Source: a virus
Taxonomy: Duplodnaviria; Heunggongvirae; Uroviricota; Caudoviricetes
DNA: 32,147 nt
Direction: 5' to 3' (one strand)
Virus record (IMG/VR): IMGVR_UViG_2537562172_000009
Location: 1 to 32,147 of that record
In this document: positions 7,906 to 16,605 of the stretch, one piece after another
How positions within the stretch are numbered: the first letter of the stretch is position 1
Layout: each line of letters begins with the position of its first letter
Position numbers and translations under genes: made by a program
The notes under the pieces: generated by a model
Database searches by the model: none
Told to the model about the DNA's origin: nothing
Seen by the model: the letters and a program-made list of their open reading frames with translations, nothing else

Positions 7906-8093
7906 AAATTTGAGATTAGGTAGATGCGGTTTGGCATTTGTCGCATGCGTTGAACTCACCACTCTTTCTGTGGGTATCTATTCGTTGGTAGCCGGTAGCC
8001 TTATGTAAAGCCACGCGGTTTGCTTTTAGTGGAATAGTTTTCATTGATTATTGTAAGATTGAGATCTTTATCTTAAAGAGGATTTTGCTACGT

Positions 8094-9701
8094 ATGTCTG
8101 CACAAAGCATATCAAGCCTTTTGAAGGCTAATAAATGGATCGATACGAATGTAGGTAAGTTTGAGTTTAAAAAAGAAATTGGTGAAGGGGGCAATAGCAA
8201 CGTGTTCCTTTTTTCTAATTCAGGGCATGATTTTGCAATAAAATTCTTAAAGCCAAGTAAAGATCATAGAAAAACAGATAGGTTTAAAGATGAGTTTTTT
8301 TGTGTATCTCAAATGCCATCCAACAAATACATTGTACAATACTACCACTTAGATAAAATAACAATCGATGATGTTGATTATTACATCATTATCATGAAGC
8401 CATACGCTCGGTCCTTAAAAAAAGATTTTGCCAGTACAAACTCTGCTGAAGAATATGAACGCGATGTGCGGAAATTATTTAATCATTTATTTAATGGGTT
8501 AAGACATATTCATAGCCATGGCGTTATTCATAGAGATCTTAAGCCTGAAAATATTTTTATTGACAGTGCTACCGACTCTTATGTAATCGGAGACTTTGGA
8601 ATATCAAGATTCGATGATGAGTTTTTTGCACGTTTGTCCCAGACCAGAGAAAGTGAACGATTGGCAAATTATAAATTTTCCGCACCAGAACAGTCATCGG
8701 GAAATCATGAGATCACTGTACGTAGCGATATTTACGCGCTCGGTCAGATTATGCAATATTTTAGTACTGGAGATGTGAGCAAGGGCAACGGAAGAGAAAA
8801 ATTATCCTATAGTAATGTTAGCGAGTTTATTGCCATTCTGGATGATATTATAGGGAAGTGTATCATGCACAACCCCAACGACAGATTCTCTTCTTTGGAT
8901 GATATGGCTGAATATTATAAATCGAAACTTGAATCTAATAAAAGATTAAAAGAGGCCCAGTTTAGGCAAAAAGAAGAGTCGGAAATGTGGGGTTTCCTTC
9001 ATGCATTTGATGACGCAATAGTAAGATCTGTCCCCCATATAAATAGAGTGGAAAAAATCACTTCGGATTTAGACATTGAATTATTTCTTTCAAGCATTGA
9101 TGGCACTATTAGCACAGAAAACACAAAAGATTCACTCTGGATGATTAAGTCGGATGGTGGGGATCTAAACTACTACGGGTCAAAATTAAAGCAAGGCAAA
9201 TACTTTGAGATAAACTTTGGTGGGTTCATCACTGAAGTGAATATAGATTCAATTGATGTATATTATGATAGCCACTATCATCATAAAAACTTCTTCATAA
9301 TCATCATCAGTGGCATGCCTCCTTTCGAATTTAACGACATATCGGACTTATCAAAGAAAAAGATGAGAAGTAAAATAACCTCAAAAGATGATTATTGTAT
9401 TGAGTGGAATGGGTATTGTTTAGATCCTAACGATGTAAGAAATAAATACGTAAAAATTGAAGGGACAACATATAGGGTTAGTCACGAGGATTTCAAGGAT
9501 GTACATCGCTGTATAAAAAGAGATGCATTCCTTGTTGTTCCAACCGGTACACCATCATCACATATGAATGATCGGTCTGTTGCAACGGACCTAATAAATG
9601 CGTGCTTAACGAACCCAAATGGACTAGTTACAACAGATGTAGACCTTTATTTGAGAAGAATCAGGGACCATTATCAGTCTTGGATTCGTAACAGCTTGTA
9701 G
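8094..9701 (+). CDS. Hanks-type Ser/Thr protein kinase fused to an about 250-aa domain of unknown function (accessory)
   Basis: 535 aa from the ATG at 8094 (SD AAAGAGGA upstream; the TTG at 8085 is too close to it). Gly-rich loop IGEGGNSNVF, beta3 Lys in FAIKFLK, catalytic loop HRDLKPEN, DFG (VIGDFGIS), APE (FSAPE), subdomain IX DIYALG. Very AT-rich. Confidence 0.8.
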   Translation: MSAQSISSLLKANKWIDTNVGKFEFKKEIGEGGNSNVFLFSNSGHDFAIKFLKPSKDHRKTDRFKDEFFCVSQMPSNKYIVQYYHLDKITIDDVDYYIIIMKPYARSLKKDFASTNSAEEYERDVRKLFNHLFNGLRHIHSHGVIHRDLKPENIFIDSATDSYVIGDFGISRFDDEFFARLSQTRESERLANYKFSAPEQSSGNHEITVRSDIYALGQIMQYFSTGDVSKGNGREKLSYSNVSEFIAILDDIIGKCIMHNPNDRFSSLDDMAEYYKSKLESNKRLKEAQFRQKEESEMWGFLHAFDDAIVRSVPHINRVEKITSDLDIELFLSSIDGTISTENTKDSLWMIKSDGGDLNYYGSKLKQGKYFEINFGGFITEVNIDSIDVYYDSHYHHKNFFIIIISGMPPFEFNDISDLSKKKMRSKITSKDDYCIEWNGYCLDPNDVRNKYVKIEGTTYRVSHEDFKDVHRCIKRDAFLVVPTGTPSSHMNDRSVATDLINACLTNPNGLVTTDVDLYLRRIRDHYQSWIRNSL

Positions 9702-9920
9702 CCCGATGAGCAAAGTTAAGAATCAGCCAATCAATCCGGCAGCGTGAATGTTGGTTTTTTATGCCATTTTTCCGCCATTTCTCCATTTTCTAGCCATGCA
9801 TGCATCTGGTGCATGGTTTTGCATGCGTCAGTGCTGCCCGTTCCGTACGTGCGCCGCCAGAGCTGGCGCGGCTTCGGAGTGGTCATGCAATTGCATTAAA
9901 ACCGACCCATAAAGCGGGCA

Positions 9921-9939
9921 GGCGTGGCGGGGAAAGCAT
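9921..9939. other. cos site (cohesive-end sequence of P2/186 type)
   Basis: GGCGTGGCGGGGAAAGCAT followed by TGCGCGC, matching the 19-nt cohesive ends of 186 (and differing at 2 positions from P2's) as I remember them; located between the replication/accessory side and the portal gene, where cos lies in a P2 prophage. Confidence 0.6.
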
Positions 9940-10048
9940 TGCGCGCAGCACACACTTGCAATTTGATATTTTTGGTGTAAAAAATCGGTGTCAATGAGTA
10001 GAAGATGAAAAAATAATAACCAAAGGTTACTAAATCAAGGATGTGCCG

Positions 10049-10867
10049 ATGAAAGTTAGCTATGACGTTGTCATCAAAAGTGGTGATCAAGAAGTTGATA
10101 TGGAGTATGGCCTTGATACCCTCTCTGGAACGGCTGAGGTGACATGCATACTAGCAGAGGCAATACTCAGAAAAAAAATTATTAAGCGCCGCACTCATGT
10201 TAACCCTGCGCGAGCGGTTCTCAAACAAAGCTTTAAAAGTTCTTATGGTCAAAACTTCGACTTGATTGTTAATGAGCCGGAATTAGCTGCCGAATTAAAA
10301 AAAATGACCCGTTCTGTGTTCTCGGAAGTCATGGGGTATTTTATTTCTGAATCTCTATATCTGGAAACTAAGGAGCTATCTCCAAAAGCTGCAGGAATTA
10401 TTGAGGAGCTTGAGGAAATTGAAGATGAACTTATTGATCGTATCAGACAACCTTTGGTAAGGATGCATAGGATAAATCTTCAAAAAAACTTTGATGTTGA
10501 ACTTAACTATAAAAAACCTGCTGGCAAACAAAGAATAGCAAAGTTAGACACAATGACTGCTACAAACTTGACACAATCAAAAATAATGCCCGGTCAAGTT
10601 AATATTAACGCAGTTATTACTCGATTTAATGCGAGAACTGGAAATGGTAGGTTAGTTATCGAAGGTGAAGATGATACAGTAGCCTTTGGTTTTTACATGC
10701 CTTTAAAGGCTATACCCGCCGCTCAAAAAAGATTGGTCTCATTAAATTTACACAATAATAATGGCAGGCAAGATAACTACACATATCTAAAACTTACTGT
10801 TAGTAAAGTTGTAGTAAAAAGTGGTGATGTGGTGAAATATCTAATCCGTATGGTTGAAACTGTATGA
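10049..10867 (+). CDS. hypothetical soluble protein, first gene of a coupled two-gene accessory cassette
   Basis: 272 aa from the ATG at 10049 (AAGGA 7 nt upstream); AT-rich; near-identical short motif close to both termini (YDVVIKSGDQEV and KVVVKSGDVVKY); stop overlaps the next start (ATGA). Confidence 0.6.
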   Translation: MKVSYDVVIKSGDQEVDMEYGLDTLSGTAEVTCILAEAILRKKIIKRRTHVNPARAVLKQSFKSSYGQNFDLIVNEPELAAELKKMTRSVFSEVMGYFISESLYLETKELSPKAAGIIEELEEIEDELIDRIRQPLVRMHRINLQKNFDVELNYKKPAGKQRIAKLDTMTATNLTQSKIMPGQVNINAVITRFNARTGNGRLVIEGEDDTVAFGFYMPLKAIPAAQKRLVSLNLHNNNGRQDNYTYLKLTVSKVVVKSGDVVKYLIRMVETV

Positions 10868-11589
10868 GAAAGGTGTTGCTGTCTTCGGCTGGCGTGATTG
10901 TAGCTGTGTGCGCCTTGTATTACTTCAACTTCGGAGTAAACGGACATTTATCCAGCAAGACTGATGTTTGGGCGCAGTTTGGTGATTATTTGGGTGGTGT
11001 CGTCAACCCTATACTTTCATTTATTACAATTTACCTCCTTATAAATTCAATAAAACTTCAAAGGGAGGCTAATTCCAGCCTGATCGATGAAGTAAAAAGG
11101 CAAGAATCTTTAGAAGAGTATAAAAAATTTGAAGTGAGATTTTTCCATTTGGTTGAATGTCAGGATTCTAACTTTGAAAGGTTTTGTGTTCAAGTTGGTG
11201 ATGTTGATGGACAAACTGACGGGGTGGTCGAAGAATTTACAAGTGGTGCAGCCGTAACTTATCTTGAAGATAATATTGTAATTTTAGTTAAAGCCAAGGT
11301 GAAAAAAGAGGTAATAACAAAGTGGTTAAGTGAAGTGGATGCTAATGATTGCATTTTTTCAGTGGTGCGTCGCTTTTATTTGATTGTGAAGTTGATAGAT
11401 AATTGCGGGGTTGAACGGGAAGATTATTATGAAACATTAGTTAACTTAACTGACATAAAAATAATATCTTTAGTTGCAATGGCTTGTACATACTACGAGT
11501 GGGATATCGTAAAGTATATCCATGACAGTAAAATACTTGAACGAGATGGAGTTAAAGAGTTTGTTTCGCAAATATCCACTCACGATTGA
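10864..11589 (+). CDS. hypothetical membrane protein (2 predicted N-terminal TM helices), second gene of the cassette
   Basis: 241 aa; hydrophobic segments LLSSAGVIVAVCALYYF and GDYLGGVVNPILSFITIYLLINSI followed by a charged soluble domain; ATGA overlap with the upstream gene. Confidence 0.6.
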   Translation: MRKVLLSSAGVIVAVCALYYFNFGVNGHLSSKTDVWAQFGDYLGGVVNPILSFITIYLLINSIKLQREANSSLIDEVKRQESLEEYKKFEVRFFHLVECQDSNFERFCVQVGDVDGQTDGVVEEFTSGAAVTYLEDNIVILVKAKVKKEVITKWLSEVDANDCIFSVVRRFYLIVKLIDNCGVEREDYYETLVNLTDIKIISLVAMACTYYEWDIVKYIHDSKILERDGVKEFVSQISTHD

Positions 11590-11590
11590 G

Positions 11591-11609
11591 AGCCGCCATG
11601 CTGGCGGCT
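11591..11609. terminator. hairpin between convergent genes (cassette membrane gene and Q)
   Basis: AGCCGCCA-TGC-TGGCGGCT, a perfect 8-bp stem, in the 30-nt gap between two convergent stops; no clear U-run on either side. Confidence 0.45.
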
Positions 11610-11619
11610 AGAGTGGTGA

Positions 11620-12666
11620 TTATTCCGGGTTATCGAGGGTGTACTCTTTGAACCTGATGACCTCCATGCCGAGCCAGTCGTTTACCTCCCTGAACCTGTC
11701 CTGTAGCGGCGACAGCTCATTGCGCACAAATACCTTTGCCACCTTCTCAACGTCACCGAGTGAACCGATATTCTCGGGCTTGCCGCCCATGAGCTGGAAC
11801 GGCACGCGGTGCGCGTCCATCAGGTCGGCGGCGCTGGCTTTCTTAATGTTGAAAAAGTCATCCTTTGTGGCGACCTCGCTCAGTGGCACGATTTTGATGC
11901 CGTCCGGTTTTCCGCCGGGGGCGTAGAAAAACAGGTTCTTAAAGTTGCCGAGTCCCTTCGAGTTACGCATCGCCTCGCGCAGCGATTCGACGTCGGTCGC
12001 ACTTTGCGCCGGGTCAGTCACATACATGATGTAGCCTGCGTGCGCGCCGTTCTGATAATACTTGCGGCGGAACAGCGTCGCGGATTCATTCAGCCAAGCG
12101 GAATTAAGCGCGCTGAGATATTCCGGCAAACCGTAAATCTCCTGATTAATGTCGGGCTCCAGCAGGTGAAACACGGTATCAGGCGCGAACTCGTGCGGCT
12201 GGGTGAAGTTTTCCACAAACCAGAAAATCGAATCGTCGACTCCGCGTCGGGTGTATTTGGCTGGCGAGGCCAGCAGTTTGATTAACTGGCCGGTGACGCT
12301 GTGGCGCTGCTCAAGAAAGGCGTTACCGAACACCAGATAATCGAGCGCAAAGCGGCTGAAATCCTGACGGGATAACAACGGGTGCGGAATGTAGGTGCTC
12401 GCGAGCACGTTACGCTTAACATAAATTGGCGAGCTGTGATGCACGGCAGAGCGCAGGCTCTTTGCCAGCCCTGAGAAGCTGACCGGCGGCTCGTACCATT
12501 TGCCGTTACTGATGCATTCGACGTAATCCAGAATGTCGCGCTTATCGAGTACCGGCACCGGCTCGCCGAAGGTGAACGCTGTCGTTTTTGGCGGTGCGCT
12601 GGCGGTCAGTTGTTGTGGTTTGCTGGCCTTTTGTGCGTTGGCTTTACGGGATTTTTGTTTACCCAT
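11620..12666 (-). CDS. Q: portal protein
   Basis: 348 aa; minus strand; immediately downstream of the large terminase gene and next to cos; size and position match P2 gpQ. Confidence 0.85.
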   Translation of the reverse strand: MGKQKSRKANAQKASKPQQLTASAPPKTTAFTFGEPVPVLDKRDILDYVECISNGKWYEPPVSFSGLAKSLRSAVHHSSPIYVKRNVLASTYIPHPLLSRQDFSRFALDYLVFGNAFLEQRHSVTGQLIKLLASPAKYTRRGVDDSIFWFVENFTQPHEFAPDTVFHLLEPDINQEIYGLPEYLSALNSAWLNESATLFRRKYYQNGAHAGYIMYVTDPAQSATDVESLREAMRNSKGLGNFKNLFFYAPGGKPDGIKIVPLSEVATKDDFFNIKKASAADLMDAHRVPFQLMGGKPENIGSLGDVEKVAKVFVRNELSPLQDRFREVNDWLGMEVIRFKEYTLDNPE

Positions 12667-12667
12667 T

Positions 12668-14437
12668 TTAGTTGAACTCCAGAATAGATTTAGGCTGCAT
12701 GCCGCTACCGGCAGAAAGCGGTTCGTTTAACAGGGCGTGCATGGTCGCCCATGCGATATCGGCGTGGCTGGCTTCCTCGGTGCGGCTGGCCTCATAGGTG
12801 GCGCTGCGCCCGCTGCTGGTCATGGTTTTGCGGATGGACATAAACGACTGCGTGACGTCGGTTGCTCCGGCGTCGTACTCCAGACAGCCACGGCGAATGG
12901 TGTCTTTCGCCTTGAGTACCATTGCGGTTTTCATTTCAGGTGTGTAACGGATGCCGCGTGCCGCCGGGTAAAATGAGCGCACCAGCTGGAACACGCCGAG
13001 ACCGAGGCCGGTTGCGTCAATGCCGATGTATTCGACGTTGTATTTCTCGGTCAGCTTGCGGATGCCCTCTGCCTGTGCTGCAAAATCCATGCCCTTCCAC
13101 TGGTGGCGCTCCAGCATGCGGAACTTGCCACCAGAGACCACCGGCGGCGCGAGCACGACGCACCCGGCACTGTCGCCGGTGTGTGACGGGTCGTAGCCAA
13201 TCCAGACAGGACGAGAGCCGAACGGATGGTCAGCGAACGGGGCAAAGTCCTCCCATTCCTCCATCACATCGACCATGCAGCGCTGCAGCTCCTCGAACGG
13301 GAATACCGACGCTTTATCGTCGACAAACTCGCACATAAACAGGTTCTTAAAGTCCTCATCACTGTTTTCGCGTTTGAGCTGGTCGAGGTCGAACAGGGTG
13401 CAGCCACCCGCAAGGGCGTCCTCAATGGTGACAATCTGCCGCCACTGGCCATCGTCGCAGAGCTGGCCACCGGCGAGCGCGCTGTGACTGATGTCGATTT
13501 CGATGCGGTCGGCAATCCGGCTGCGCCCCTTGTTGAACAGCTCGCCAGACCAGAAGGGGTAAGCGCCGTGCGCCAGCGTGGAAGGTGTCGAAAAATAGGT
13601 CGAGCGCAGGTGCTTTTGCGAGGCCATGCCCGAGGCGACTTTGCGCAGTTTCTGAAAATTCGGGATCCAGAATATTTCATCGACATACAGATCGCCGTTA
13701 TGGCTCTGCGCGGTGTTGGAATTGGTACCGAGAAAAATCAGTTTTGCGCCGCTGTTACCGATGACAATCGGGTCGCCAGTCAGGTCAACGTCGACCAGTC
13801 GCGCAAACTGGATGATGTATTCGCGGAACACGTAAGCCTGCGTTTTACTGGCTGATAAAAATATCTGGTTATGGCCGGTTTTGAGTGCGCGCAGCAGTGC
13901 CTCGCGGGAGAAATAGAATGTCGCGCCAATCTGGCGGGATTTGAGAATGTCACGAATACGGTGCTCCAATCCTGCGCGGTACCACTGCAACTGGTACTCG
14001 AAAGACTGGTCGAAAAATAATTCCTCTAGTTTATCGATAGCCTCGTCGCTGAAAAAATTCTTTTTCGGCTTTTTGCGCTCCCCTTTGTTGCGGTTGGCGA
14101 CGTTGGGGTTAAGGTCGGCTTCGTTGCCGGTCTGGCTGTAGCGGTTGACTCGCGCCAACCGTTCAATCTGCCGTCCGAGCAGGTCAATCTCTTTGAAATC
14201 ACCCCCTGTCTTTTGCGGCTTGGCGATGAGCTGAATCAGCCTAGCCTCAAGGCTGCTTTCAACGCGGGAAATCGGCGCGATGCCGTCCCAGCCGTCGCGC
14301 TGCTTCCAGCTCTGCACGGTCGGGCGCTTGACCTGCAGCATTTCGGCAATCTGTGGCACGGAAAAACCCTGCCAGTAAAGCAGCGATGCCTGCCGTCGCG
14401 GGTCATGCAACAAGGTTGTATCGGTGGAAATGGTCAT
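12668..14437 (-). CDS. P: terminase large (ATPase) subunit
   Basis: 589 aa; minus strand; divergent from the scaffold gene; stop 1 nt from the Q start; size and position match P2 gpP. Confidence 0.88.
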   Translation of the reverse strand: MTISTDTTLLHDPRRQASLLYWQGFSVPQIAEMLQVKRPTVQSWKQRDGWDGIAPISRVESSLEARLIQLIAKPQKTGGDFKEIDLLGRQIERLARVNRYSQTGNEADLNPNVANRNKGERKKPKKNFFSDEAIDKLEELFFDQSFEYQLQWYRAGLEHRIRDILKSRQIGATFYFSREALLRALKTGHNQIFLSASKTQAYVFREYIIQFARLVDVDLTGDPIVIGNSGAKLIFLGTNSNTAQSHNGDLYVDEIFWIPNFQKLRKVASGMASQKHLRSTYFSTPSTLAHGAYPFWSGELFNKGRSRIADRIEIDISHSALAGGQLCDDGQWRQIVTIEDALAGGCTLFDLDQLKRENSDEDFKNLFMCEFVDDKASVFPFEELQRCMVDVMEEWEDFAPFADHPFGSRPVWIGYDPSHTGDSAGCVVLAPPVVSGGKFRMLERHQWKGMDFAAQAEGIRKLTEKYNVEYIGIDATGLGLGVFQLVRSFYPAARGIRYTPEMKTAMVLKAKDTIRRGCLEYDAGATDVTQSFMSIRKTMTSSGRSATYEASRTEEASHADIAWATMHALLNEPLSAGSGMQPKSILEFN

Positions 14438-14602
14438 TGATGCCTCGCCGTAGTGGATTCAGGGCAAGGCTACTTAATGGCCGTCAGTGATTCGCTAAGG
14501 TGCTGTTGTGTGGGCGGTTGTCCAGTCGTCATTGGTGGTCTGGCGTGTCCTGAGTCTGGAAACTGGCGGTGACCAGTAACCTCAACCTCAGGACTCCTGA
14601 CA

Positions 14603-15457
14603 ATGGCAAAAAAAGTCTCAAAATTCTTTCGCATCGGCGTCGAGGGTGACACCTGCGACGGCCGCATTATCAGCGGCAACGATATTCAGGAAATGGCCGA
14701 ATCGTTTGACCCTCGCGTCTACGGTTGCCGCATTAACCTTGAGCATATTCGCGGTCTCTTTCCTGATGGCGACTTCAAACGCTTAGGCGATGTGGTTGAA
14801 CTGAAAGCTGAAATAATTGACGACGATTCTGCGCTTAACGGCAAATGGGCGTTGTTCGCCAGAATCACCCCAACCGACGACCTGATTGCGATGAATAAAA
14901 AATTGCAGAAGGTCTACACCTCAATGGAAATTCAGCCGAATTTTGCCAATACCGGCAAATGCTACCTCGTCGGCCTTGCTGTCACCGATGACCCGGCGAG
15001 CCTCGGCACTGAATACCTCGAATTCTGCCGCAACGCGAAGCACAACCCTCTGCAGCGCTTTAAGGCCAACCCTGAAAACGTCTTTTCCGCTGCCACGCTG
15101 GCCGAACTGGAATTTGAAGACGTTCCCGATACGGTGCTAAACAGCCTGGCAGATAAGGTTAAAGCCATTTTCAGCCGTAAGCAGGTCAGCGACGATGCGC
15201 GCCTGAATGATGTGCATGAAGCGGTGACCACCGTCAGCGAGCATGTGCAGACCAACCTCACTGCGCAGGATAAGCGTCTTTCCGCTATGGAAGCCGCGCT
15301 TACCACCTTTAAACAGGAACTGACCGGCAAGATTGAAGAAACCAGCCAGGCATTTTCCGCCCTGAAAGCCACCCTCGACAAAACCGAAAGTTTCAGCCAG
15401 CCGCGACGCACGAAAGCCAGCGGCGGTGGTGGCGATGAGCTGCTGACCGACTGCTGA
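14603..15457 (+). CDS. O: capsid scaffolding protein
   Basis: 284 aa, the size I recall for P2 gpO; first gene of the rightward late operon, divergent from P. Confidence 0.85.
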   Translation: MAKKVSKFFRIGVEGDTCDGRIISGNDIQEMAESFDPRVYGCRINLEHIRGLFPDGDFKRLGDVVELKAEIIDDDSALNGKWALFARITPTDDLIAMNKKLQKVYTSMEIQPNFANTGKCYLVGLAVTDDPASLGTEYLEFCRNAKHNPLQRFKANPENVFSAATLAELEFEDVPDTVLNSLADKVKAIFSRKQVSDDARLNDVHEAVTTVSEHVQTNLTAQDKRLSAMEAALTTFKQELTGKIEETSQAFSALKATLDKTESFSQPRRTKASGGGGDELLTDC

Positions 15458-15533
15458 TAAACCGCAGACCAGAAACCGGGCGGTAACTCCGCCCGATGCA
15501 GTGACTAACCGATAAATTCAAACAGGAAATACT

Positions 15534-16601
15534 ATGCGCCCGGAAACCCGTTTTAAGTTCAATGCCTATCTGACCCGCGTCGCTGAGCTGAACGGCATCA
15601 GCACTGATGACGTCAGTAAAAAATTCACCGTCGAGCCGTCCGTCACGCAAACGCTGATGAACAAAGTGCAGGAGTCATCCGCGTTTCTGCAGACGATTAA
15701 CATTCTGCCGGTCGCAGAAATGAAGGGGGAGAAAATCGGCGTCGGTGTGACCGGTACTATCGCCAGCACGACCGACACCTCGGGCGATGATGAGCGTAAG
15801 ACCGCAGACTTCACCGCGCTTGAGTCCAACAAGTACGAGTGCGACCAGATTAACTTTGACTTCCATCTGAAATATAAAACCCTCGACCTGTGGGCGCGTT
15901 TTCAGGACTTTCAGCGCCGCATCCGTGACGCCATTGTTAAGCGTCAGGCGCTCGATTTCATCATGGCCGGTTTTAACGGTACCACCCGCGCCGCCACCTC
16001 TGACCGCACCAAAAATCCGATGCTGCAGGATGTAGCCGTCGGCTGGCTGCAGAAATACCGCAACGAAGCCCCGACGCGTGTGATGAGCAATATCACCGAT
16101 GCTGACGGTAAGGTCGTTTCGGCAGTGATTCGCGTCGGTAAAAACGGCGACTATGAGAACCTCGACGCGCTGGTGATGGATGCTACCAACAACCTGATTG
16201 ACGAGGTTTATCAGGATGACCCGAAACTCGTTGCCATCGTTGGCCGTAAGCTGCTGGCCGACAAATATTTCCCGCTGGTGAACAAGCCGCAAGAAAACAG
16301 CGAAGCGCTCGCGGCAGATATCATCATCAGCCAGAAGCGAATCGGCAACCTGCCTGCTGTGCGTGTGCCGTACTTCCCGGCGAATGCCGTGTTAGTGACA
16401 ACGCTGGAAAACCTCTCTATCTATTTCATGGATGAGAGCCACCGCCGCAGCATTGATGAAAACCCGAAAAAAGACCGCGTGGAAAACTACGAGTCAATGA
16501 ATATCGACTATGTGGTCGAGGCGTATGCCGCCGGGTGTCTGCTGGAAAACATCACCCTGGGCGATTTCACCGCACCTGCAGCACCGGAAAGCGGAGAGTA
16601 A
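15534..16601 (+). CDS. N: major capsid protein
   Basis: 355 aa; follows the scaffold gene; size and position match P2 gpN. Confidence 0.88.
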   Translation: MRPETRFKFNAYLTRVAELNGISTDDVSKKFTVEPSVTQTLMNKVQESSAFLQTINILPVAEMKGEKIGVGVTGTIASTTDTSGDDERKTADFTALESNKYECDQINFDFHLKYKTLDLWARFQDFQRRIRDAIVKRQALDFIMAGFNGTTRAATSDRTKNPMLQDVAVGWLQKYRNEAPTRVMSNITDADGKVVSAVIRVGKNGDYENLDALVMDATNNLIDEVYQDDPKLVAIVGRKLLADKYFPLVNKPQENSEALAADIIISQKRIGNLPAVRVPYFPANAVLVTTLENLSIYFMDESHRRSIDENPKKDRVENYESMNIDYVVEAYAAGCLLENITLGDFTAPAAPESGE

Positions 16602-16605
16602 GCCC

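Noticed and set aside
8085-8093. TTG start for the kinase and TTG start at 2947 for the CII-like gene
   Set aside because: Both are non-ATG codons too close to, or lacking, an SD; in-frame ATGs a few codons downstream have good SD spacing.
8094-9701. Possibility that the 535-aa protein is the P2 Old exclusion protein, given its size and position
   Set aside because: There is no Walker A/ABC-ATPase motif and the Hanks kinase motifs (HRDLKPEN, DFG, APE) are unambiguous; only the position is Old-like.
9702-9790. Possible terminator after the kinase gene (short CCAA/TTGG stem followed by a T-run around 9745-9770)
   Set aside because: The stem is only 4-5 bp with a very large loop; too weak to call without a folding calculation.
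14438-14602. Ogr/Delta-type late promoter elements (TGT-N12-ACA) between P and O, and upstream of V and FI
   Set aside because: I looked for the dyad by eye and found no convincing match in any of the three places; a position-weight-matrix scan would be needed, so no late promoter is annotated.
15675-16292. 205-aa minus-strand ORF inside the major capsid gene; similar long antisense ORFs at 21518-22354, 23439-24095, 23981-24574, 17122-17769 and 28766-29200
   Set aside because: They lie entirely antisense to well-supported, syntenic structural genes in GC-rich DNA, where long spurious ORFs are common, and they have no SD or recognisable motifs.
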